Part shown: positions 42,902 to 51,363 of the stretch, in pieces | How the letters are laid out: each line of letters starts with the position of its first letter | Numbering within the stretch: the stretch's first letter is position 1 | Source: a virus | Taxonomy: Duplodnaviria > Caudoviricetes | Strand: one strand, 5' to 3' | Length of the DNA: 64,000 nucleotides | Virus record (IMG/VR): IMGVR_UViG_3300006467_000134 | Span: 1 to 64,000 of that record | Program-made: the position numbers and the translations under genes | The notes under the pieces: generated by a model | What the model saw: the letters and a program-made list of their open reading frames with translations, nothing else | Databases searched by the model: none | What the model was told of the DNA's origin: nothing

Positions 42902-43674
42902 TTGACTTCTCCAAAGCGAGTGTAAATTTTGGTGATTCCAGCTTCCCGCAAAGGCTCCAAACCTTTGGAGAAAATACCGTGGGTAACGTACAGTCCTACT
43001 TCCCAAACATTGTAAACTCTGTGTAGGAGTTTTGCAGATTCAATGAATGTTCGTCCGCCGTCACAAATATCGTCAACAATCAGAATTCTTTTTGTCCAAT
43101 GCCCATCTTGAGGACTAGCGGTCTCAGACTCCACTGTTAGGTTCAAGATCGCTCCGGTGGAAGGATCTCGCATCTTTCCAAGCACTACCTTTGGTTTGTC
43201 CACCAAGTGACTGTAGCGAATGGCTGCAGTCTTATCAGGGAAGCAAAAGGCAGTGGGTTCAAATTCCTCAGTAGGAATAACCGGTGGTACGTCAATAAGA
43301 ACCAGTCCATACTCTCCATAAGGGAAGCTGGGATTGTGAACATCTTGGGTGTAGATTGTACGGTATCCCACAGCGTATAAGCAGGTCAGAAAGGTGTGCA
43401 AACCAAACGTTGCTTGATTACTGACTGCCTTGTCCTGGCGGGAATACGGTAGAAACGGTACATCTAGGACAGCGTACCCATGATGGAAACTTAGTAGCTG
43501 TCCTAACTGATAGATGAAGGGAAGCTCTCCCTCATCCAAGGGAAAATCGAAACTCCACCTGACGTATGGATAAATATCCATAATATTTGGGATCTTCCAA
43601 GCCTGACAGGTTCCATCAGGAAACTTGGTGGGTTCCACAACAATGTTGTTGTCAGCCGCTCCTACCGTAATCAT
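42898..43674 (-). CDS. PRPP synthetase-like protein (Adps-like)
   Basis: KFPDG, LPYSRQD, DVHN, FPD, IVDDICDGGRTF, YVTHGIFS. Confidence 0.9.
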   Translation of the reverse strand: MITVGAADNNIVVEPTKFPDGTCQAWKIPNIMDIYPYVRWSFDFPLDEGELPFIYQLGQLLSFHHGYAVLDVPFLPYSRQDKAVSNQATFGLHTFLTCLYAVGYRTIYTQDVHNPSFPYGEYGLVLIDVPPVIPTEEFEPTAFCFPDKTAAIRYSHLVDKPKVVLGKMRDPSTGAILNLTVESETASPQDGHWTKRILIVDDICDGGRTFIESAKLLHRVYNVWEVGLYVTHGIFSKGLEPLREAGITKIYTRFGEVK

Positions 43675-43675
43675 A

Positions 43676-44404
43676 TCATTCCTCTACAATCTGGAGTTTG
43701 ACACCGAACGCCCGTTCGATAAAGCCAATGTTTGCTTTGAGACTCTGATTGTACTCTTCAACATTGTCACTTGTCAACATCGTTGCACATAAAAACTCCA
43801 ATTTTCCGGAATCTGACTCAATACCATGGACTTTCTCGATGATAGTGAACGTTTTTTCCAGTAATTGGTGCTGTCCTTCAGTCAAAGCGAACTTGTGTTT
43901 CACCCACTTTACGTCCTCTTCGTCAGAGGAGCTCTTCGGTTTTGCCGATTCTTCGTCAGCGTCGTGGATAATTTCCTTCAACTTAGTCTGGGTGTTCTGT
44001 TCGGCAATGTCAAGCATCTCATCAACATTGTCCTGGTCCACCCGGGGTAGAAGCATTTTCAGCTTACCCCAGCCAACACTATTGATACGTTCTTCAGGCT
44101 GGCCGAGTTTTAGAACAAATGTCTCGTAAATACGAATGAAGGTAGAAGTAGACGTGCGGTCGTAGTTGTGTTCAATAAACGCATACTGTTCCACACTGGT
44201 GAAATTTTTAGTTTCTCCGTCTTCCTCGTAGGTCCACTGCTTGTAATATTCCTTCTCCCGGACCTCATAGAGAAGGTGACCCAACGCCACATTGGTTAGG
44301 TCTTTAACCTGACGCAGCTTCACCAAGGCTTCCCGAATAGCATCAGGTCGGTGCTCACTATCTTCAGGTAAGGTTACTAGTTCATTCAAGTTCATCGTCG
44401 TCAT
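43676..44404 (-). CDS. putative HTH DNA-binding protein
   Basis: LG.LL.EV...F.....Y...FI.IYE.F...GW.KL pattern. Confidence 0.6.
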   Translation of the reverse strand: MTTMNLNELVTLPEDSEHRPDAIREALVKLRQVKDLTNVALGHLLYEVREKEYYKQWTYEEDGETKNFTSVEQYAFIEHNYDRTSTSTFIRIYETFVLKLGQPEERINSVGWGKLKMLLPRVDQDNVDEMLDIAEQNTQTKLKEIIHDADEESAKPKSSSDEEDVKWVKHKFALTEGQHQLLEKTFTIIEKVHGIESDSGKLEFLCATMLTSDNVEEYNQSLKANIGFIERAFGVKLQIVEE

Positions 44405-44666
44405 CCGATTCTTCCTCCAGAGTCGCAAAAGTGTCATACCCTAAAAGACGGTCCAGCTGGAAGTAGATTACCATGGCCGCCTGACCAGTGAGTAACTTGA
44501 CATCCAAAACTTCACCATCGTTGTCATAGGTCACAAGACCAAAGACGTTGTAGTCGATACCATCCATCGAATCGATCCCCACTACCACAAGATCAACATT
44601 GTTGTACAACATTACCTTGTTTTGGGGATCTAGTGCTTTCTGGAGGTACTGGTTAATTTTTTTCAT
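44382..44666 (-). CDS. hypothetical protein
   Basis: ORF track. Confidence 0.6.
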   Translation of the reverse strand: MKKINQYLQKALDPQNKVMLYNNVDLVVVGIDSMDGIDYNVFGLVTYDNDGEVLDVKLLTGQAAMVIYFQLDRLLGYDTFATLEEESDDDDELE

Positions 44667-45009
44667 GGGCTGCTACTGCCTCCTCAATGTATTCAATCGC
44701 CAGGTCAGGACGATCCAAGGTTTCCTTGGCGTTGAGTAGAAGAACTACATAGCCTGCAGTAACCGCGGAACGATACTTAACGATATCATTGGCATGGCTC
44801 TTTGCACTACCACCATGACCATAGCCAGAGCCTTGAACTTCGATAAGGATGTTGGTTCCTTTTATCAGGTAGTCAAAAACCCAACGCCGATGTGAGTTGT
44901 AGTTTAGCTCGTCCACCAGGTCTTTGAATTTGACTTGTTCAATAAGGTAACCTTCGCCAAAGTGGTTCTTAGCCGCTTCGGTTAAGGCAGCCTCTGCTTT
45001 ACTTGGCAC
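44653..45009 (-). CDS. Vsr/DUF559-like endonuclease
   Basis: EQVKF...RRWVFDY...IEVQG...H...D..K...A..GY.V. Confidence 0.75.
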   Translation of the reverse strand: MPSKAEAALTEAAKNHFGEGYLIEQVKFKDLVDELNYNSHRRWVFDYLIKGTNILIEVQGSGYGHGGSAKSHANDIVKYRSAVTAGYVVLLLNAKETLDRPDLAIEYIEEAVAAHEKN

Positions 45010-45331
45010 GAATTTTCTCCCACTGCTGGTAGACTCGATTTATAAAGGTAAAGGAAACTGGTTCCTTCCACTCCAGTATAGCGTCGTCATTATTAGGATT
45101 TAAGGTCCCAATCAACTTACCTTCGAGAAGAATCTTGTAAGTATCGGGAAGATGCTCGCATTTTTCCAACACTGGTTCTGGATTGCAGGTGCAGTAGCTC
45201 ATCTCTGTCATACCAGGTCCAATCAACAATCCATCGAAGTCCAAACAAAAATGCCAGCCCTTGCTCATCTCGCCGACTGTAAGACATTCGTCCTGGTTTT
45301 CTATTAGAGAAAAGTACCTAAAATCATCCAT
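44999..45331 (-). CDS. hypothetical protein
   Basis: GWHFC.DFDGLLIGPG. Confidence 0.6.
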   Translation of the reverse strand: MDDFRYFSLIENQDECLTVGEMSKGWHFCLDFDGLLIGPGMTEMSYCTCNPEPVLEKCEHLPDTYKILLEGKLIGTLNPNNDDAILEWKEPVSFTFINRVYQQWEKIRAK

Positions 45332-46133
45332 TCCAATTTTCCCACACTGGTTTATTCTCACGCTTCTCAGCCAACCAATCTTTGAAGGACATCCCGAGCA
45401 GTTGTTCTTCAGTCTGCCCGTCTTCAAGTGGAAGTGTCTCGTTCTCGATTGCCTGGAATACTGTGGTTGAGAGAGCTGTTGCTGCATTCCAATACATCTC
45501 TTCACCCGGATACCAGAGTGTTCGCATGTTCAACGAACCTTTGTCAATCAACAGGAATAGTGTTCCCTCTTTGTCGATGATCTTCTGGGTGATAGACGCC
45601 TGCGACTTGTAGCCCGGCATGAGATCAGACGCAGTTTTGGTTTGTTGAAACTTGTCAGAACCCATCGTCTTGATTTCCAGATGGAGAAGCTCACCTGGAT
45701 CCTCTGGCAGTTCCTTCGGTGTTGTTGCTCCCAAGGCCTTCATGAAGTCTTTGGCCAACAATCCGTCTAATCTACCTGAGAACCTGTACAAAGGATCGAA
45801 GATTCGAATTTCTTTGTACTTGGGAGTATCGTACTGTGGAAATAGTACGCCTGCAGCATGAAGCTTTTCCTGAACATACTCATGAACCACATTACCAATC
45901 GTGGTGTGAAGCATACTGGTCCAGGTTTGGTTCCATGGTTTTGGATCCCAGTAGTCCAAAACAAACTGGGTTGCTGTGTTGTAGTAGATACCAGACAGCC
46001 ACAGGTTGTCTCGGCGAAACTTGTCACCTGGATCTTCCTGGGTAGTCAAAACACGTTTAATCTCTGCAGCTGTTACAGGAGCCAACTTACGCTTCTGCTT
46101 TTCCTTTTGCTTATAGACATCACCAAATGCCAT
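45324..46133 (-). CDS. PD-(D/E)XK exonuclease (Cas4/RecB-like)
   Basis: GNVVH, SGRLDG, LEIKT, Q. Confidence 0.75.
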   Translation of the reverse strand: MAFGDVYKQKEKQKRKLAPVTAAEIKRVLTTQEDPGDKFRRDNLWLSGIYYNTATQFVLDYWDPKPWNQTWTSMLHTTIGNVVHEYVQEKLHAAGVLFPQYDTPKYKEIRIFDPLYRFSGRLDGLLAKDFMKALGATTPKELPEDPGELLHLEIKTMGSDKFQQTKTASDLMPGYKSQASITQKIIDKEGTLFLLIDKGSLNMRTLWYPGEEMYWNAATALSTTVFQAIENETLPLEDGQTEEQLLGMSFKDWLAEKRENKPVWENWNG

Positions 46134-46750
46134 TACAGTCCCCTCTCGATTAGAATCTGTGACCAACTTTCGTACTTGTCTTTGTTAGCCATAATGTTTT
46201 CAACACTGTCCCAGCCGGCATCACCAAGATCTGCCTCATGTGTTTTCAATTCGGGATTCGTGCACACTACGGCGAATACCAATCCCAGGTGTACTTCACC
46301 GACTTCGTCGGAGTTATCGTTGATCACATCAATTGCTGGAGTGATTCGATAATTCCTGACGTCTCCTATGCTGATCTGAAGCTCTTCCCACAATTCTCGT
46401 TGTAGTCCATTGTAGAATGTGTCTCGGAAGCTTCCGTCATAGTCACTTTGGTTGATGTGGCCGCCAAACCCAAGGCTGTATTTTTTGTGAAGCCTCTGTT
46501 CACCACCACCTTTACCCCGTTGGTACCGGAAGTACTGGTTATCATGTACTAAAACAATGTATGGGATTAGTTGTTTGAACTCAGGGGCTTTTTCGGCAAA
46601 CTCTCGGGGCATGAAGGTAGTCATACCGCTATTGAGCAGTTGATTTACGATTCCAACAGCCCGATCCTTATCGTTGGTGACTTTTACTGCGTCATCCAAA
46701 ACTTCGTTGACAAACTGCGTTGGTACAACCAGCACTTGTTCATCGCTCAT
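46133..46750 (-). CDS. NUDIX-family phosphoesterase
   Basis: KQLIPY, SLGFGGHIN, RELWEEL, VHLG, ESWS. Confidence 0.85.
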   Translation of the reverse strand: MSDEQVLVVPTQFVNEVLDDAVKVTNDKDRAVGIVNQLLNSGMTTFMPREFAEKAPEFKQLIPYIVLVHDNQYFRYQRGKGGGEQRLHKKYSLGFGGHINQSDYDGSFRDTFYNGLQRELWEELQISIGDVRNYRITPAIDVINDNSDEVGEVHLGLVFAVVCTNPELKTHEADLGDAGWDSVENIMANKDKYESWSQILIERGL

Positions 46751-47090
46751 TAATCAGTTCCTCAAAATCTACCTGAGGCATCATCACCCAGGTTCCTGGT
46801 GTTCCAAAAGGCGGACTTTCCAACTGCAGAAGTAGTCCTGGTCGTTTGCCGGCTTCCCGGGCTTCTCTGTTAATCTTGGCTAGTTGTGTAGCAGAAATTG
46901 TCAACGAATACCTGCAGGTGTACTTACTATCGAGAAGGAAGTCTTTTACTCGAATGTCACCTTTCTGAGCAGGAAGAGCACCAGAAAGGGGGACTCTCGT
47001 CCCCCCAAGATCCTGTGCTTGTTTTTGTTCCCGCCTGTTGGCATCGGTCTTTCGATCTCTACTCGGTCCCAGCTTCCCTTTCTTCGTCAT
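46740..47090 (-). CDS. Hjc-type Holliday junction resolvase-like nuclease
   Basis: E...A...GG.RV..SGA...KGDI...LLDSK. Confidence 0.7.
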   Translation of the reverse strand: MTKKGKLGPSRDRKTDANRREQKQAQDLGGTRVPLSGALPAQKGDIRVKDFLLDSKYTCRYSLTISATQLAKINREAREAGKRPGLLLQLESPPFGTPGTWVMMPQVDFEELINER

Positions 47091-48147
47091 CTGGTCCTCC
47101 AGTAATGAGAGAATAGACCATTGAGCGAACGTACGCATAAAAGGCTGGGTCGTTCATACGGTCCTTGAAGTCATCCTGAACTCGGTATTCCTCACCCAAG
47201 ATATTCCAAACCTTCCCATCCTTGTAGCACCAGTTTGCCTGGCTTTTTACGATGTTCCACAAAGTCTTTTGATTGTCAACATATCCGGCAGGATGTCCAT
47301 CAACAGGCTGTGTAGCCATGTCGAAGCTAAACACTGCTTTTGGTCTGGCAGTCTTATTCTTATGAAGTAGACCGCCAAAGGTTCCCATACCAAAGTTCTT
47401 TGTTCCATCCTTCTGTAGGTTACCTCTGTTCATGTAGGTAATCGTAGACGAATAGAAGATCTGACCATTGCCTCCCGGAATAGTTCTTGGGTCGCCCATC
47501 ATTGTGATCTTATGGCGAAACTGATTCAATCCGATAAGGGTTGTGTTAAGCCATGGAGTATCTTTCTGCTTGGCATCAATACCAGCTTGGGTCCACTGAC
47601 GATAGCCTTCATTCAAGACTCTGGCTCGTCCCCCTAGTCCAGCAGATTCTTCTGCCGAAATTTCGGTCTGCTTTTTACTCATCACTGGTTCCCACGAGTC
47701 GCCAATGATTAGAGATACTCGCCGGCCTAGAATGATGTTCTTGACAATGTCAATTAACTGCTCACCAAAGGACGGCTGAATCACAATGAAGTGATCCTCA
47801 TGGTTTCGTCCACAAAGAACACCGTTCGCCCGAGCCCACTCTTCGTCGAAAGTGTTTTCAAGGTCAACAAAGGCTACTTTACAGGGATCGGAATAACTGG
47901 CATCGAACTTTCCAGTCTGCCGGTTAATCTTCTGAACCTCTGCCGCGGTTTTGAGAGCCAAGGTGGTTTTAGCACTAGATTCCCAACCAACAATCAGATG
48001 ATTCAATCCGGCTTTGAAGCCTCCTCCGAGAGCTTGATCATAGGCTACAACTCCCGAAGAAAACCGGAATCCTTCACTGGATTGGTCTAGGCGAACAGTG
48101 TCACCATAGGCTGTTCCAAGATCTTTTCGGAGATCGTCCAAGCTCAT
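47059..48147 (-). CDS. recA: RecA/UvsX-like recombinase
   Basis: D.ALGGG, GWESSAKTT, FVDLE, DS, NQFR.KI, PGG. Confidence 0.9.
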   Translation of the reverse strand: MSLDDLRKDLGTAYGDTVRLDQSSEGFRFSSGVVAYDQALGGGFKAGLNHLIVGWESSAKTTLALKTAAEVQKINRQTGKFDASYSDPCKVAFVDLENTFDEEWARANGVLCGRNHEDHFIVIQPSFGEQLIDIVKNIILGRRVSLIIGDSWEPVMSKKQTEISAEESAGLGGRARVLNEGYRQWTQAGIDAKQKDTPWLNTTLIGLNQFRHKITMMGDPRTIPGGNGQIFYSSTITYMNRGNLQKDGTKNFGMGTFGGLLHKNKTARPKAVFSFDMATQPVDGHPAGYVDNQKTLWNIVKSQANWCYKDGKVWNILGEEYRVQDDFKDRMNDPAFYAYVRSMVYSLITGGPDDEEREAGTE

Positions 48148-48476
48148 TAAATAAGTCCTCGGTCTTTCAGAATCTGTTCAAACTCAGCCAACGTGGGTTC
48201 CAAGGCTGCCTCTACCTTAGCATTGGCGACCGCAGTAGCTGCATCGATTTCTTCTAAGTAGGAAGGAACGGTTACCATGACGTCAATACGAATACTATTG
48301 AAGTCACCCAGATTTTTGGTTAGGCCTGCCTTTACGCTCACGGACGCTGTTGGTACATCTTGGAATGTAAAGACTTCCACTTTCTCCGAATCATCCTCAA
48401 AGGTGTCCAGGACCTTACCGTAGCTCGTTTTGGTGTAAACTCGTTCTACGGACAATTTACTTGGGATTTCTTTCAT
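48147..48476 (-). CDS. hypothetical protein
   Basis: TKNLGDFNSIRID motif. Confidence 0.65.
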   Translation of the reverse strand: MKEIPSKLSVERVYTKTSYGKVLDTFEDDSEKVEVFTFQDVPTASVSVKAGLTKNLGDFNSIRIDVMVTVPSYLEEIDAATAVANAKVEAALEPTLAEFEQILKDRGLI

Positions 48477-49771
48477 AACTTCCTTTCTTTGAAGCCGAGA
48501 CCGGCAAACTGCTTTCGTATCTTCCAGCTAATGGCAATGAGATAATCAGTTTGCACAATAGGGTATAGAACGTAGGGAGCCCGCTTGTCTTTGTTTTTGC
48601 GGGTTATCCTACCGGCGACCTGCTCAATATCGCCAAAGGGGGTACAACAGACCAGCGTGTCTAGCTCTGGGAGATCTACACCCTCGGCAAACTTTCGTTC
48701 TGTTGACAGAATAATTGGGTAATCGCGTAACTTGTCTTTATCGCTTTTCTTGGTTTTACCTGAGTACATTATAGAGTTTAGCCCACGGGAATCAAGGGCT
48801 ATTTCCAATAGTTCAAGTTGTCGAGTCCGGTGGCTGATTACAAGAACCTTTCGCCCGGCTTCCACCATCTTGGCAATATGGCTACAAAGCAACCAATTGT
48901 ACTCTTCGTTCTCGGCAAGTACTGTCAGATATTTCGAGTGATTGACTTTCCCCCGATGTTTTACCTCATCTTCATCAATCTTCAGGTTGACTGGAAGAAA
49001 CGAGACATATCGGTTCTTTTCTTGATTCTTGTCTTTAAACTTCTGGCCAACAGGACCCATGTGAACCTGCCAAACTCTATCCAGTTTGTCGCGTCGTCTC
49101 CAGGTAGCACTTACTCCCAATCGGTACATTGAGGGGATTTTCTTAAGAATATTTTGAATAGTGTCACAGGGACTGTGGTGACCTTCATCAAATATTGTCA
49201 ATCCGAAGTGCTCAAGAAATCCTGGAGGTAGGCTTCCTAGCTTGGGTCCGAGGCTCTGCATCGTCGCTACGGCTACAGGCTTCTGCCAGTCCCACTTTTC
49301 AATATCCCCCTGGATAATCCCCCAATCAACACCGAAGAGCTTCTCAGCGGTATCCCCCCACTGATCGATCAAGCTGGATTGATTTACAATCACCAGTGCA
49401 TTTGTAGACAGCCTCTCGGCAACATGAATACCAATGAAAGTCTTACCAAATCCAGTATGAGCCCACAGTAGGTGCGATCCATGGTTTTCCATGCCGGCCA
49501 TGCACTGCTGGACTGCCTCCCATTGTTGGTCGCGATACTCGTGTTCCAAGTTTGGCCAGGCTACAATTGGGCAGGAGGCAAGGTTACGCCCCTGTAGACC
49601 TTGCCTACGTGCCCAGTATACTGGAAGCCCAATCATATTGTCCTGGAGCTCCCAACAATCAACTATCTTATCTCCGACAAAGTCGGATCCAGTAACACGC
49701 AGCTCTTTCTTGATGAACCGCATATCAACATTTTTTTGCTCGGTCCAATATAGACCTTCGTAGTAGCTCAT
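48473..49771 (-). CDS. superfamily 2 DNA helicase
   Basis: TGFGKT, DEGHH, SAT, EGVDLP, QVAGRITR. Confidence 0.92.
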   Translation of the reverse strand: MSYYEGLYWTEQKNVDMRFIKKELRVTGSDFVGDKIVDCWELQDNMIGLPVYWARRQGLQGRNLASCPIVAWPNLEHEYRDQQWEAVQQCMAGMENHGSHLLWAHTGFGKTFIGIHVAERLSTNALVIVNQSSLIDQWGDTAEKLFGVDWGIIQGDIEKWDWQKPVAVATMQSLGPKLGSLPPGFLEHFGLTIFDEGHHSPCDTIQNILKKIPSMYRLGVSATWRRRDKLDRVWQVHMGPVGQKFKDKNQEKNRYVSFLPVNLKIDEDEVKHRGKVNHSKYLTVLAENEEYNWLLCSHIAKMVEAGRKVLVISHRTRQLELLEIALDSRGLNSIMYSGKTKKSDKDKLRDYPIILSTERKFAEGVDLPELDTLVCCTPFGDIEQVAGRITRKNKDKRAPYVLYPIVQTDYLIAISWKIRKQFAGLGFKERKL

Positions 49772-49965
49772 TTTGACAGATCACTAATTTCAAAGATTTC
49801 CTGGCTCTTATGTAGAAGTGTTGGTAGACAATTCGAACATAAAAACTGAAGTGTTCTCTTGTTATTGCTTAACACCCGAACGGTGTCATCCACTTTGTAG
49901 CATTTTTCGCACTGGGGTCCACTGTAGTAAGGAACACACTTATAGGTAGTGCTTTTTGTTTTCAT
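49768..49965 (-). CDS. small Zn-finger protein
   Basis: CEKC...CSNC. Confidence 0.55.
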   Translation of the reverse strand: MKTKSTTYKCVPYYSGPQCEKCYKVDDTVRVLSNNKRTLQFLCSNCLPTLLHKSQEIFEISDLSK

Positions 49966-50440
49966 TTCGGACTTCCAATGGAATAGACTCTAATCCCAAA
50001 CCGTCAGCCACTCCCTGTGGATCGGTAATCAATGATTCGTAGGTAACAGTTAGTACTCTGTCATGCCGAATCACGGGATAGATGAAGGAAAGAGCTCGTG
50101 CTTGTTCTTTGTAGGCTTCACCTGTGTCTTTTACATGTTCCGCCTTTACCGCACTGGGTGCTGCAAACATACAAGAGCGTACCGTAACCACTACCCAGGG
50201 ATCATATTGAAGATCCAAGGCTTTCTCGTATTGGTCGGCAAAAGCATTCCAGTCATTACCGTGAGGCACACTTCTGCGGATTACGATCTTCTCTTCGTTG
50301 ATCGGGATCGATGTAACATGTGGTTGTTGATGCCCATCACTACCCCAATAACCATTTCGTAGAAAGATCCTCGTCATTAGGCGAGTTCCACTGGATTCTG
50401 GGCCAAAAACAAAGACTAGATCTTTTTCGCTTGCTTGCAT
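49940..50440 (-). CDS. sulfotransferase-like P-loop protein
   Basis: FVFGPESSGTRLM (5'-PSB-like), VR.....S, VTYESLITDP. Confidence 0.65.
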   Translation of the reverse strand: MQASEKDLVFVFGPESSGTRLMTRIFLRNGYWGSDGHQQPHVTSIPINEEKIVIRRSVPHGNDWNAFADQYEKALDLQYDPWVVVTVRSCMFAAPSAVKAEHVKDTGEAYKEQARALSFIYPVIRHDRVLTVTYESLITDPQGVADGLGLESIPLEVRNENKKHYL

Positions 50441-50486
50441 TGGTATGTCCTTAAATGAAGAAAGCCCCATTTCCTGGGGCTAGTGT

Positions 50487-51146
50487 TTAGAGTCGTCGTA
50501 AAACCTGTTTGACAATTGCATGTCTCATATTGTCGTCTTCTGTCATCTCGCAGGCTGCCACACCAGGACAACCATAAAGCCGCTCAATAACAGAAACGAA
50601 TCCTGAGCCTTCTGCAATATCATTCTGGTCTGTGTCACCATTAACTACCATCTTTGAATTGAGGCCAATACGGCTCAAGAACATCTTAAGTTGTCCGTAT
50701 GTGGCATTCTGAGCCTCATCCAAGATTACAAAAGAGTCATTGAAAGTTCGTCCCCTCATGTATGCTAGTGGTGCGAACTCAATAATCCCTTTACTCATCA
50801 AATAACGAACTGTCTTGGGAGTCAGGATTGACTCAAGCTCCGTTCGTAGAGGAATCATGTAAGGATGTAGCTTCTCGTTTAGATCGCCAGGCAAAGCTCC
50901 AGTATCTTCATCCACCTGTACCAAGGGGCGAGTCAAGATAATGTGCTTCACCTTTCGGTTTGCCAGTGCCATGCAGGCCTGGTAGACTGCCAAAGCAGTT
51001 TTTCCAGTACCTCCAGGTCCTGAACACAGAGTGATAGTCTCTTCCTGCATCGCTAGAACATATTCCGCATGATTTTCCGTACGGGGTTTCACCTTACGAA
51101 GCAGCGAAATTGCATCGAGTTCTTCCGCATTTTCCGGTTTTGACAT
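50487..51146 (-). CDS. phoH: PhoH-family ATPase
   Basis: GPGGTGKT, LTRP, LPGD..EK, YMRGRTF, DEAQN, GD.DQ.D. Confidence 0.95.
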   Translation of the reverse strand: MSKPENAEELDAISLLRKVKPRTENHAEYVLAMQEETITLCSGPGGTGKTALAVYQACMALANRKVKHIILTRPLVQVDEDTGALPGDLNEKLHPYMIPLRTELESILTPKTVRYLMSKGIIEFAPLAYMRGRTFNDSFVILDEAQNATYGQLKMFLSRIGLNSKMVVNGDTDQNDIAEGSGFVSVIERLYGCPGVAACEMTEDDNMRHAIVKQVLRRL

Positions 51147-51156
51147 TCAACACTTT

Positions 51157-51363
51157 CTATTTTTTAAAGGCAAGTTCCAAAAGACTTAAGAATAGTACTA
51201 CAGGCCAAATCACAAACATAACAATTCTTATGAATAGTAGCATTCCTGTATCCTCTTCTCGTAGAGTACCCTGCTCTAAAGCATAACGAGCTGCAGCCTC
51301 TTGAAACAAGCCTCCGTAAATTGTATAGAGGACAATCGCGATCCCAATTAAAATTTCTGTCAT
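51157..51363 (-). CDS. small 2-TM membrane protein (WP motif)
   Basis: VIWPVVL. Confidence 0.6.
   Translation of the reverse strand: MTEILIGIAIVLYTIYGGLFQEAAARYALEQGTLREEDTGMLLFIRIVMFVIWPVVLFLSLLELAFKK

Noticed and set aside
45324-46133. CRISPR-associated Cas4
   Set aside because: No Fe-S cysteine cluster; recombination-gene context
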